64,000 nt of DNA. It comes from the human T2T-CHM13v2.0 reference genome, Homo sapiens. Below, in pieces: positions 27,560 through 42,619 of this stretch. The stretch lies in assembly GCF_009914755.1 (NCBI RefSeq), contig NC_060929.1; one strand, 5' to 3'. A program made the translations under genes and the position numbers. The number at the start of each line of letters is the position of its first letter. The stretch's first letter is position 1. The notes beneath the pieces were generated by a model, which had not been told where the DNA came from, searched no databases, and was given only the letters and a program-made list of their open reading frames with translations.

Positions 27560-29475
27560 TAATTCGTAACAAATCTAAGTTTCATGTATTTGGGTAGAGT
27601 GACTTCTCACACAATCCTAGACTTTCACTAACTTAACATAGCAAAAATTCATTTCTCATTCACATCACAGTCCACTGTGATGAATTAGCAGAGAGGCTGT
27701 GTTCCACATAGTCATTCAAGGATCAGGCTTCTTCCATCTTTTGGCGTTTTCCTCCTCCAGGTTCCAAATATTCTCCATTTGCCAATAGAAGGGAATGGAG
27801 TACATGGAGAATTTTGCAGGTGTTTGTGAGCAAGGCCTGAAAGTAGCAGAAACCAGTTCTACTCACATATCATTAGCCAGAATTCAGTCACATGACCCCA
27901 TCTAGCCACAGGGGAGCTAAGAAATGCAGTCTTACTATATATCTAGGAGAAAAGAGGAAGTGGAATTTCGTGAACACATAACTTTTTCTTCCAGTGACCA
28001 GACTTTCTATCACTGGATGGCCATTTCACTTTTCCTCCTACACAGAGCACACTTACCTCCTTCCCAAGGCAGCCAACCCAAAGTCACATCCAGTCACTGC
28101 ATCTAGCTCAAAGTCCAGGATCACTGGTCATGGAGTATTTTCCATCAAATCTCATGGATGAGATTCTTCAAAGTCTGGTGACCTTTGTACCAAAAAGAAA
28201 TTCATACCATGATATACCATGTATCGAGTAGCAGAACAGGGACAAAGTAATGACAATAAAAACTCTTGATAGCTTAAGGAAAAAATGGAAGGCACACAAC
28301 AGGTCTACTATCTGAAATTCTGCTGAGCAAAGATTATGAAGGCTCTGAGAGGAACTTCTTTATCCATTGTTCTTCATGGTCCGTGTCTAGGGAGGGTCTT
28401 TGTTTCGTGGCCACATCTGAGGTGGGTATTTAACATGATCTCTTTGGAGTTTGCCCCAAGTCACTGGTACAAATATAAAATGATGAAGATTGTACAAAGT
28501 TCAGCAGAGGTTTTTTCCATCCCAGGCTTGTGATTTCTTTCACTATACACCTCCTCAAAAACTCAGTGGATTTCTGACCTCTGTTTCCTTCAGTCCGTCT
28601 GTGGGCTAGTTACCGTACTGAAAATTCTTTCTTTGAGCTAGTTCTCAAACTTGTCTTATTTGTTTGTGTTTTGTTTTATTTTTCCCACTTCCCGCTCTCA
28701 TTCAGCATCTACTGCATTGAAAATTAATCAGATTTGGATGGGAGTGCCATACATTTAGTCTTATCTCTGCTCTAGGGCTGAGTTGCTGTGGGCAACTTTT
28801 CTTAGACTTACAGGTTACTGTTTGGGAGTCAAAGGCTTTTCTAAACCTTAAGTTCCCAAATATCTAGATTCTTTTGTTCTCTCTGTTCTCTTTTGTGTAG
28901 TGCATTGTCAAGGACAGCCAGTAATACGCTGATCTTTTTATTCTTTCCAGCCAGTTACCTTTGTACAGCAAACTCCATAGGCTTGTGGCCTGCTTGCCAA
29001 GTTATCACTGACAACAGTTTTACCTATTTCTTTGGCACATGGGTTGCTTACTTCTCATTCTCAGTTATCTGTTTCCTTGCTACCCACCACTGAACTGCTA
29101 AGCCAATGCCAAATTTTTATGTTATTGTAATGGTACTTCAGAGTACCAATTTTAGTATTATTCATAGTAGACTACCTGCTAAATCTCAGTGGTTTGTCAT
29201 CTATCAGTCTGTCTGCTTCTAGGAATTTTATTCTGTCTTGTGCCTCTTGCCTCCTCTGGATCCTAGGAGTTCTCTTCATTCATCAGCGATAGAAAAGTAA
29301 TGGAAGATTGAATGTGAGGTTTTTATGGTCCAGGCCTTTTACTCACATTTTATTGGCCATAACTCAATTAGCCATGTGACCTCACCTAACTGCAGCAGGA
29401 ATGGAAACTATATTCTGATTGTATGCCTAAAAGGAAGATAATACAGGATTTGGCAGAAACATGTCAGTATGCCCC
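27560..29475 (-). mobile_element. MLT1-type MaLR provirus remnant (LTR - internal - LTR)
   Basis: Two similar LTR-like segments (~27560-27980 and ~29155-29475) share cacat..attggcc/attagcc..catgacc..ct-a..gga..aaa motifs. MLT-int motif aacccaaagtcacatccagtcactgcatc; junction gtaccaatttt-agtatt at ~29143-29160. Confidence 0.6.
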
Positions 29476-29692
29476 ATTTATACCATATATTCACAAACAC
29501 AGGATAACTGTAAATATAAGACATACCTACATTTTCACAATGAGACTATCCAAATAAAGGGTTTTTTCTGCTTAGCTTGTATGCTTAAAATATTTACTAG
29601 TTTATTTACATATACAACTCTATGTAATATATAAAATAATACATTCATTTAGAAATACTACCTTATTCAAATCTCAGTTTTTATGAAACAGG

Positions 29693-30373
29693 TTTTTGTT
29701 TTGTTTTGTTTTGTTTTTTTTATTTTTATTATTATTACACTTTAAGTTTTAGAGTACATGTGCACAACGTGCAGATTTGTTACATATGTATACATGTGCC
29801 ATGTTGGTGTGCTGCACCCATTAACTCGTCATTTACCATTAGGTATATCTCCTAATGCTATCCCTCCCCACTCCCCCCACCCCACAACAGTCCCCGGTGT
29901 GTGATGTTCCCCTTCCTGTGTCCATGTGTTCTCATTGTTCAATTCCCACCTATGAGTGAGGACATGCGGTGTTTGGTTTTTTGTCCTTGCGATGGTTTGC
30001 TGAGAATGATGGTTTCCAGTTTCATCCATGTCCCTACAAAGGACATGAACTCATCAGTTTTTATGGCTGCATAGTATTCCATGGTGTATATGTGCCACAT
30101 TTTCTTAATCCAGTCTATCATTGTTGGACATTTGGGTTGGTTCCAAGTCTTTGCTATTGTGAATAGTGCCGCAATAAACATACGTGTGCATGTGTCTTTA
30201 TAGTAGCATGATTTATAATCCTTTGGGTATATACCCAATAATAGGATGGCTGGGTCAAATGGTATTTCTAGTTCTAGATCCCTGAGGAATCGCCACACTG
30301 ACTTCCACAATGGTTGAACTAGTTTACAGTCCCACCAACAGTGTAAAAGTGTTCCTATTTCTCCACATCCTCT
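29693..30373 (-). mobile_element. 5'-truncated L1PA4/5-like (ORF2 end + 3'UTR + tail)
   Basis: Minus ORF 29939-30442 contains the ORF2p C-terminus (..DWIKKMWHIYTMEYYAAIK..IGGN). (GTTTT)n/T tail at ~29693-29730. Confidence 0.92.
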
Positions 30374-30538
30374 ACAGTTTTTTTTAAACTTTTCATCTCT
30401 ACAGCCACTCTTTGAATATTGTAACAGATTTCTAGAGCACATGTGATTTGTGTAAGATAAGGGTTGTTTTGATTTCTGTCTAGATAATGTTTTGTAAATA
30501 TTATCCCAAACAGTGCACTGGTTTATATAACATTTTTA

Positions 30539-30878
<340 letters not shown>

Positions 30879-31701
30879 CTAACTTGCAATGGAGAAATTA
30901 CATAGTCATAGGACTGATTAAGAAGTCTATATTAAGTTTTTTTGTCTCTCTTTTTCTTTCTGATTCCATCTCCTAAGTTCTGTAAGCAACTAAAATGTGC
31001 ATTGATGCATATCTTTTCATACTAGTGTATCTTCGCCAAATAAGACTTGGTTCAAAATCATGTAAAATGTTAAGATACTATATGGACTAGAATACAAGTT
31101 GCCACCTTCATATCTGGAGATTAATGTTACAACTAAAAAAGAACTTTGTCTTATATTCTTGAGTAGACTTAGTACTATTTGCCTTGTAATAACCACTTTT
31201 GGTTCAATAACAGACGGGAGTGGAATCAACTTATAGCCTTTAAAAATGAGTAAGCACTATCAGTATTGTCAGACTCAGTGGAGTGTCTTAGCTAAGATGT
31301 GAATTTTCTGGCTACATCTGCTTCATGTACACAGATATCATAAGCTAATGATGTTCCTTTGAAAATACATGATGCCCTTCTTTTTTGCCTTCCATGCTAG
31401 TACAACAGAGTGATTCCTTTCTTTATGTTGTTATAAATAAGACAGCACAGCATAAATTAAGAGGCACTCAATAAACATCTACTTATAAGTGTTAGAAAGC
31501 ATGTGTGTCAAAATTGACTACTTGTATATAAATTTTCAACTTCAAACTATTCCCTGTTAGACTTCAGTTTTAAATTGTGAAATATTCCATTTAAGAAAAC
31601 AAAATTTCTTTTTTTAACATTGGTTTGAAAAAGATGAAATTTACTTCTCCTATATGCTCTTTAAGTATATAGTTATTATTATTTTTGCTTTCTCTTCCTA
31701 G

Positions 31702-31886
31702 ATTTTCCACAGAATGAGCCTCAGATCAAGAATCAGTTTAATAAGAAGCTATCAGGAAGACTTGAAAATACAAAACAGCAATTGCAGCTGCCTCTTCATC
31801 CTTCATGGGAAGCAAGCAGAAGGCGAAAAGAACAGCAATCTAATATTGCTGTGTTTCAGGGGAAAAAAATTACGTTTGATGATTGA
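31702..31886 (+). CDS. SRFBP1: SRFBP1 last coding exon ([38 protein letters not shown])
   Basis: Acceptor ctttctcttcctag; in frame with the microexon; TGA at 31884-31886. C-terminal HPSWEA..F.GKKI.FD motif characteristic of the BUD22/SRFBP1 family. Confidence 0.95.
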
Positions 31887-31930
31887 TTAGTGCCTCTTTC
31901 TGCAAACTTTTCCATCTAAAAAAAAAAATG

Positions 31931-32087
31931 TTTTTTTTAAGACAGGATCTCATTCTGTTGCCCAGACTAGAGTACAATATTGCAATCACAGCTCACTGCA
32001 GCCTCAAACTCCTGGGCTCAAGTGATCCTCCCACCTCTGCCTCCCAAAGGGCTGGGACTGCAGGTGCATGCACTACCATGCCCAGCT
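31931..32087 (-). mobile_element. Alu right monomer (FRAM/AluJ-like) in 3'UTR
   Basis: gacaggatctcattctgttgcccagact..gctcactgcagcctcaaactcctgggctcaagtgatcctcccacc..catgcccagct. Confidence 0.85.
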
Positions 32088-33067
32088 TTCTCACCCCAGG
32101 CTCTGCAGCTATTACTTAAACTCGTATTTGAATAAGTCTCTTGGGGAGAATTATAGAATGTTTGTTTTTGTATTTTTTTTTAAAGTAAATTCAACTTACG
32201 CTTATATAAGCCTTTCACAAATCCAATATGTACTTAAATTGATTTTTAATAATATCCCTCAGACTGTTTCCCTTATGAAGTAATTTGGGGATTTTAGTGA
32301 TCTCATATTTTCTCTTTAGTGCTTATCATGAAATGTGCTTCACTGGTTCAGCTCTGTTGTTTCCTTAAACATAAATGTCAATATATATTTAAAATAATAA
32401 TGGAAACATAGGAAATCAGCTATTTAAACCAGATCACCCTTGTTAAAAATCATTCTTGTTAGCAAACTAAAATAGTAACTTTTATTATGGATGTACAGAT
32501 AAATATTAATTTTATTATAGTTTTAAGTACTTGTGATCATGTACTTTTTGATTCTAAAATAGTTGTCTAGGACAATTTTGGGATTCTTAATTATATTTTA
32601 GTTAAGAAAATTGTTTAAATATAGCAATACAACCAATAATTTGTTTTATGTTTCACTGCATATAAATATTTCCATTAAATCAAGAATGTATATTATCTAG
32701 TTTTTACTATACTTATTTTAAAATTTTTGAGGAATCATAGATTCTAATTTTTAAGAACAAATTCTGAAGGTGGTAGGATTAAAAGAATATTTCCACTGAT
32801 GGCTAAGCAAAGAAGTTGTAAGATGACTCACTGAGGAAGGGACTGCTTTATACATCACAGTACTGCTATTTAAAAGGAAAACAGAAATTTTTAAATCCCT
32901 TCAAATGTTTCACTTTTGCTATGCTGGGAAAAATTTTGAAGTTCTTGGTAAACTGAATAATGCTAATCCATGTTCCCTGCACATTAGTTCCTTTAATGGC
33001 AGGGAAGGCCATCTGGTTAACCTGTATTCACAAACTCTCAAGAGTTTCTACTTATTTCAGGAGCTTA

Positions 33068-33402
<335 letters not shown>

Positions 33403-33807
33403 TCAAGGGATTATGCAGAGAGAAAATTATTTTTGCTGTGTCAGATGCATACATTGTTTTTGTACTTCTTTCTTTTAAATTTTATTTTGATATAATTTCA
33501 GACTGACAAAAAAGTAAAAGGAAAATGTCTCTGTACCTACCCAGAGTTTGCCAGACTGTGAAGTTGGGGTCACTATCCTCCACACTGCTGAGTCTGTCCA
33601 AGACTTTTTACCTCAACTGGAAGGAGTTACGGTCCAAGTAAAAAGTTAAGAGGGAAGAGTTTTAAATTTGTTAGCTGTTAGCTATTAGATTTTGTTACAA
33701 GTACTGTTGGACTTTTTCTGGGATGCAGTGAAGTTACTTAGAATCAGATGGTCATTTTGAGGTTTGTGCTTTGTTAGAATGGGTCTACAAGAGCCATTAG
33801 TCTAGGG

Positions 33808-34019
33808 CATTGGTTCTCGACTTGGAGTGATTTTCCCCCCAGGGAACATTTGGCAACATCATCTGGAGATATTTTGCATAGTCAAGGGTTGGGGGTGGGA
33901 GGGGGCTACATCTAGCAGATATAGGCCTGGGATGCTGCTAAGCTGTGTGTAATATATACACACACAAAAAAGAATTTTATAGCCCAAAATGTTAACAGTG
34001 CTAAGGTTGAGAAACCCTG
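33808..34019 (+). mobile_element. MER20 hAT-Charlie DNA transposon
   Basis: Termini cattggttctc...gagaaaccctg; internal acatttggcaa..gggatgctgctaa..gcccaaaatgt. Perfect 8-bp TSD gtctaggg at 33800-33807 and 34020-34027. Confidence 0.88.
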
Positions 34020-34869
34020 GTCTAGGGTTCATCTGACTCCACTACGAGGCATTACCATTTTAGGAACTCTACCTGATACTGTGTCTATCAGGAAATCTTT
34101 CTGCAATGGCTGGTCAGAACACAAACTATACCTGGGCTTGTGGAAGGCATAGTTCCACTTACTCCTTTCTAGTGTTTAGTTTTTTTCCTGGTCTTAGTTA
34201 TATTCTTTATACACCTCATGCAGGTTGATCTTCCACTAAAGACTTGAAAGAACCCTTCTACAGAGCTTTGGAGCACTTTTTCTGTGTATTTCCTTCCTCT
34301 AGTATTTTGCCTCACAAATTCTAATCACGTTGACTTTTCTGAACTCTGAAGTCTGTCTCTAATTTCAGTAAGGCCACTGAGCTCTTTTGGGGTTCTTCTG
34401 TCTGCACTATGGTTTGGAAACTTCAGGCAGTGAGCTGGTATACTTGTAGCACTCAAACTCGTTTGTTTTTCTTCTGTCAGTTACGGTTATCCTTTGCCAC
34501 CTGTTCTCCATTGTCTGAAAACTGTTGTTTGGTGTATTTTGTGCAATTTCCTAGTTGTTTAATATAGAAGGGCAAATCCAGTCCATGGATTTTTAAATTA
34601 AGTCCTTCATTATTTTAGTGCTCAAATTCTACTTAATTTGGCTAGTGGGAGCCTCCCCAAGCTGTCTCCTATGTCCTTTTAACATGTAAGTTCTTTAATA
34701 GTGAGAAAATTGATTACCATTATCGAGGATATATTTACATATTTGAAAGTTCAACCTTAGAATACATACACAAGCTAGTTTCAGAATTGCTAAGTGATAG
34801 CTCTGCAAAACAGAAGCCTACTAGCCAAAGAGTTCAATATTTGTTTAGAGCTCTTTAAAAGTTACCTGG

Positions 34870-36390
34870 GGTAATAACAGCTAAAATGGCAGAGTAAGAA
34901 CATCCAAAAAATGTTTCTCTCTGTGAAAGCAATAAGAAAACTGTCCAAACTATCAGAATCAACCTTTCAGAACTCTAGAATTAACCAAAGGCTTGCAGCA
35001 ATCCAAGAAGTATTTACTAAAGAAAAAATATCTGAATCTTGAATCTAAATCTTGATAAGAACAGGGATCTTTGTGAAACCTTGCCTTATTCTAATCTGCT
35101 TCCCAGATTCATGGTAGCTGTGAAAACCAACAGCCCATGATCATAGTGCAAACCAGCAGCCTGGCAGCCACTGGAGGGAGTTCAGAACAGGGTTGGAGTT
35201 TCTTCAGACACATTCCCTGAGTACTGTCATTATTTGACCTGACCAATGGTTAACTGGAAGGCTTAACTTGCAATGCTATATTTGTTTCATCTGAGTTAGA
35301 GCTTGCCCAATGAGATAAGCTTTTTCCCAGAGATTGTTTTTCAAAAACAATTAGAGGCTTTTTTTTTTTTTTAACATCAAGACTGCCTTAGGCAGTGAGT
35401 AACAGTTGGGGTAAACAGTAAATTAACCAAAAACTAAGTAAGTTAAAATAGCGTCTTTAATGTCTTTTTTGAGTAAGTCTGAAGTCTGGGCTTCCTCAGG
35501 GAATTTCTATTGCTTTTTTTCTATTACTCTTTTTAACCAAAAGTAACCACACTACTAAGTTTAATGAATCAGAGATTTCAACGACCATACACAACCAAGA
35601 ATATAGACCTTACACATAAATAGTTCAGAAAGGTTGAACAACTAAAAGATAGGGACTTTGATAAGTTATGACATATTTTTTTGGAATCAAGGAGATTATG
35701 TACATGCATAAAGCTGTGTGCATACTCAGGAAAAAGCTGAGAAGGCCCTAAACTCTCACCAATGGCTGACCTTGAGGCACTGCATAAGTAGGTGAAGGCT
35801 AAGGAGAAGCTGTTAACTTGTGGCTAAGTATTAAAGGTGTGCCCCAACACACAGAGTCCCCAATACAAAGAGAAGTATTGATTCCAGGCATTTAAGGAAA
35901 TCTGTCCAATTATTAGCACACTACTAAGCATATGAATCAGATATTTCATACACAACAAAGAATATAGACTTTACAAATATATAGTTCAGAAAGGTCAGTA
36001 AACAGCAAAATATAGCAACAACAGCAAAACCTGGTGAGGAAAGGGAGTCTGATATACAGAGTTGTAACATGTTATTTAAAATGTCCAATTTTCACCAAAA
36101 AATTATGAGACATGCACAAAAACAAGCAAGAATGGTCCATGCACTGATGGGGAAAAAAGCAATAGAAATTCCCTGAGGAAGCCCAGACTTCACACTTACT
36201 CAAAAAAGACATTGAAAACGCTATTTTAAATATGTTCAAAGAACCAAAGTAAACAACGTCTCACCAAATAGAGAAAATCAATAATGAGATAGAAATTACG
36301 AAGAAAAGCCAAAAAGGAATGAACAGATTCTCAGAGACCTGTGGGACACTGTCAGATGTACCAACATAGGCATGATGAAAGTCTCATGTC
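34870..36390 (+). mobile_element. Ancient L1M 5'/ORF1-region fragments
   Basis: aaaatggcagagtaag start; tgaacagattctcagagacctgtgggacac..gtaccaacata near 36320-36370 is ORF1-like. Boundaries approximate. Confidence 0.55.
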
Positions 36391-36419
36391 AACCATAATT
36401 TTCACCCATAGCCATACAT

Positions 36420-36900
36420 GCCCAAGAGAATTGAAAACATGTAATACTTGAATGTGAATGTTCATAGTGGCATAATAGCTAAAAAAAAAGAACCCAGATA
36501 TCCATCATCTGATGATGAGTGAACAGTGTGGTTTATGCATACAGTGGACTGGATTCAGGCATAAAAAGGAATGAAGTATTGATACAGACTACAACGTGAA
36601 TGGATGAGCCTTAAGAATATCATGCTAACAAAGAAGCTAAACACACAATATGGTTCCACTTACATGCAATGTCCAAAATAAGTAAATCCATAGAGACTGA
36701 AAATACATCAGTGATTGCTAGGAGCTGGGAGAGGGAAGAATAGTGAGTGCATGCTAATGAGTCTGACATTTACTTTTAGAAAGATGAATGTATTCTGGAA
36801 TTGGATAGCGCTGATTATACGACCTTGTGAATATACAGGATCCACTGAACTGCACTTTAAAAGGGTGAATATTGTGTGAATCATATCTCAATTTAAAAAG
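36420..36900 (+). mobile_element. L1MB-like 3' end
   Basis: gaattgaaaacat..tgttcatag..ataaaaaggaatgaagtattgata..aaatccatagagac..gttgctaggagctggg..atatctcaat. Confidence 0.7.
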
Positions 36901-37687
36901 ATATATATAAAGTTCCCTGGGTGAATACTGGTTTCCCTCCTCCCTTCAGTATATGTGAAATGTAGTGAAATTTATATGGTTCTGACAGTATTTTATTTTA
37001 ATGATTTTTCCTCCATCCTTGGTAGTTTTTTTTTTTTCCTTTATGTATATGAAACGGCAACACTGTTCGTGAAGTCAGAGCTACACAAAATACTATAATC
37101 GGAGGAGTGGCAACTCTCCCCTTTCCCATTGTTTGTTCTTTCCACCCCATTCCCGCCCGCCCCCTGTAAACAATAAATCTCATTAATCCCTGGTAAATTC
37201 TTCCTGTGTTCCTGTTTGCACAGATGAACAAATATATGTCTATTTTTCTTACCTCATATTCTTTCTTATGCAAAAATTAGCAGTTTCTAGATGATTACGT
37301 GAACTTTGCCTTTTTCATTTAAAATATATCCTGGCAATCACTGCAGATTTGTTCATAGAGATCTTCCTCATTTAAAAAATTGTCTTATAGTACTCCACTG
37401 GGTAAATGTATAAGAATTTACTAAACCACTCTTCTATCTATGGGTATGTGGATTATTTTCACATTGTGCAATTACAAACAATGTTGCAAAGGAAATATAT
37501 GAAAAAACAGTATGTATTTCATGTTGTTGCAGGTCTGTCTTCAGGGTAAATTTCTGGAAGTGGGAATGTTGTGTCAGAATGTAAATGCATATGTAGTTTT
37601 GTTGAAAATTGCTAAGTTCCCCTCCATGAAGGTTTGTATGCCCACTGCAGTGTATGACAGAGGCCTATTTTCCCATGACCTCTTTGT

Positions 37688-37754
37688 TTTTTTTATTTGT
37701 TTTTTTGTTTTTCTTTTGTTTGTTTGTTTTGAGATGGAGTCTGGCTCTGTTGCC
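37688..37754 (-). mobile_element. Extremely 5'-truncated Alu (24 bp body + tail)
   Basis: Tail 37688-37730 and body gagatggagtctggctctgttgcc at 37731-37754. Perfect 17-bp TSD tcccatgacctctttgt at 37671-37687 and 37755-37771. Confidence 0.88.
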
Positions 37755-38244
37755 TCCCATGACCTCTTTGTGACAGTAAGATGGGTAAGAAATATTACCT
37801 CTATGTAATTTGGCTGTGTATTGCTTACTCTTTGGGAGGATAGTTGAATACTTTTTAATGTTTAAGGACCACTTTTGTATCAATTTTTTGAATTTTTTTT
37901 TTTGCCCATTTTTCCACTGGTGAGGGTTTTTTTTTCCTTTTTCCCCCTAATTTTTAAGGTTTATTTATTATATATTAGGGATAGTAGCCCTTTACCTGTT
38001 TTATGTACTGCAAATATTTTTCCGTTTGTCAATTGTCTTGATTTTATGTTGTTTTTCTATCATGTTATTTCTTTTTCTGCCATTTATTTCTGCCATATAA
38101 TCAGATGCATGAGTTTCTCTTTTTATTTCCTTTTGTTCCATTTTTACAAATGTATTGAGAAAAATAGTTCAAAAATCTTTCCTTACAACGGTTTGCTTGC
38201 TTTGCTTGCTACTTCATCCAATATCAGTATTGTGCTTCTGCTTT

Positions 38245-38902
<658 letters not shown>

Positions 38903-40521
38903 TAATTGTTTTAGGTGTTTCTCTTGAATAGAGCATATAGTTGGTTCTTTATGAACCCAAATGAAGATCTTTTCCATTTAATAAGTGAAGTAAGCCCTTT
39001 CACATGTGTTAAGATGAATATGTTTGCTGTCAACCCTGCCAGATTATTTTATGCTGTAATTATTATATTTATTACATTTAGTCTGTTTTTCGTTATAATG
39101 TGTTTACTGTGCTCTTCTTTAAAAACAAAATCTTAAATTTGGTATTTAGGAAGGTTTATGTTTCTGTTGTCCTTTTGCTTATACTTTTTTTAATGCCCTT
39201 AGCGCCCCCCCCATTTTTTATTTAGAATCTGTATTGTCCATCTTTAATGACATTCTTTAACTTTCACATGTTGCTTAAATACCAGTTATTGAGTTTTCCT
39301 ACTTTCCTTTTTTCATCTACCTTCTCTTCCTATTTTTAGTTGCATCATTTTTTATTCATCAGAACATACAGCACAAAACAAATAGCATTATCATATAACC
39401 TATTATTATTATACCCTGTTCTCACCTTAATTTTGATCTTAGATTTGCAATTAAGTATATTTAATGCTAAATTGCTGAAGTTTCTCTAGTCATTTTTTTG
39501 TTTGAATAAAGTTTATTTTCTAGCAGATTTCTTAAAAAAAAAAAGACTCATGGAAAGAATTTTTTGAGCTCTTGATGTTTAAAAGTTTTTCTGTATTTTT
39601 GATACTTAAAAGAACCATGGCTAAATCTTGGGATTGTTACTCTTAGTGATCCTGCCACTCTTCCTTGTGACACCAAAACTCTTCACTGTATCTTTGATAA
39701 ATCTTTTCCAGGAGTGTCTGTTGCCCCTTTCCCAATTAGGAGATGTATCTGTTTGTCTGGGCAGAGGATAGCTTTCTGTCCCTTTCCAGGGATACAGGTT
39801 TTTTTTTTGTTGTTGTTGTTGTTTTTTCTATTACCCTTTCACAAGTCACAGTGAGTCTTCACCTGTGTCCTGAGTGACAGTGTTTGATGTCCTTCCTTCC
39901 AGTGGCTTAAGTTTTTGTTGTTGTTTGTTTGTTTTTTCCAGTAGGGAAAAAGGGTCCTAGTGGAGATTTGTATCTTTCCTACAGCAGCAGCCCCTCCTCT
40001 TTCAGGCCTACATCCTCAACAGTTTTATCTGCCCTGTCTCCCATCTTTCTCCTGAGTGTCCAGTGTAGGCTCATATCTATGAGCCTAAGATTAGATGCAA
40101 ATTCCCCTTATGTCAGCAGCTCTCAGGGCTTCATAGTCTCAAGTTAGCCCACATTCAGCTGCAGCAATTCATCAAAAACTTTAATCAAATACTTCTTACC
40201 TTTATGGCAACCCCATCTTCCTTCTGTGCTCTGTCACAAGTGAGCCAGTGCTCTTAAATCTTTTTCCTAGGAGGTGCTTGTACTTCCCTAGATCTCTGGC
40301 TGCTTGGTTTTCCGACTACCACATCTCTTTGTTGGATTCAAGAAAATTTATGATTTTGTAATTTTTTCTATTAGAATTTTTAGAGTGGAAATAATGATCA
40401 TTCCAGCTTACTATATTCTATGCCCCAGTTTCATTTTTATGGTGTCTTTTGTGCTGTATAAGTGTTTTTATGTAACCAAATTTATCAATCACTTCAATTT
40501 GCCATCTGTGTTTTATCTTAT

Positions 40522-42195
<1,674 letters not shown>

Positions 42196-42258
42196 TCTTC
42201 AAATTATTCCATGTTTTCCTCTTGTATTTTTATAGCTATATGTTTAAATGTAGCTCTT

Positions 42259-42577
42259 CTCTTTTTATTTTATTTTTTTCATTTTTTAGAGTCTTACTCT
42301 GTCGCTATGTTGAAGAGCAGTGGCGTAATCATAGCTAACTGCAGCCTTGGACTCCTGGACTCAAGGAATCCTCCTAAGTAGCCAAGATTACAGCCACATG
42401 CTAACACACCTGGCTATTCAGTTTTTATTTTGTATTCTTTTTTTTTTTTGGTAGAGATGGAGCCTCACCACGTTGCCACGTCGCCCAGGCTGATCTCAAA
42501 CGCCTGGCTTCAAGTGTTCCTTCCACCTTGATTTCCCAAGGTACTGGGATTATACCCATGAGCCACAGTGCTTGGCC
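42259..42577 (-). mobile_element. AluJ-class, diverged
   Basis: Antisense dimer. TSD aatgtagctctt at 42247-42258 and 42580-42591. Confidence 0.85.
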
Positions 42578-42619
42578 TGAATGTAGCTCTTAATCCATCT
42601 GGATTTACCCCTGTGTGTT

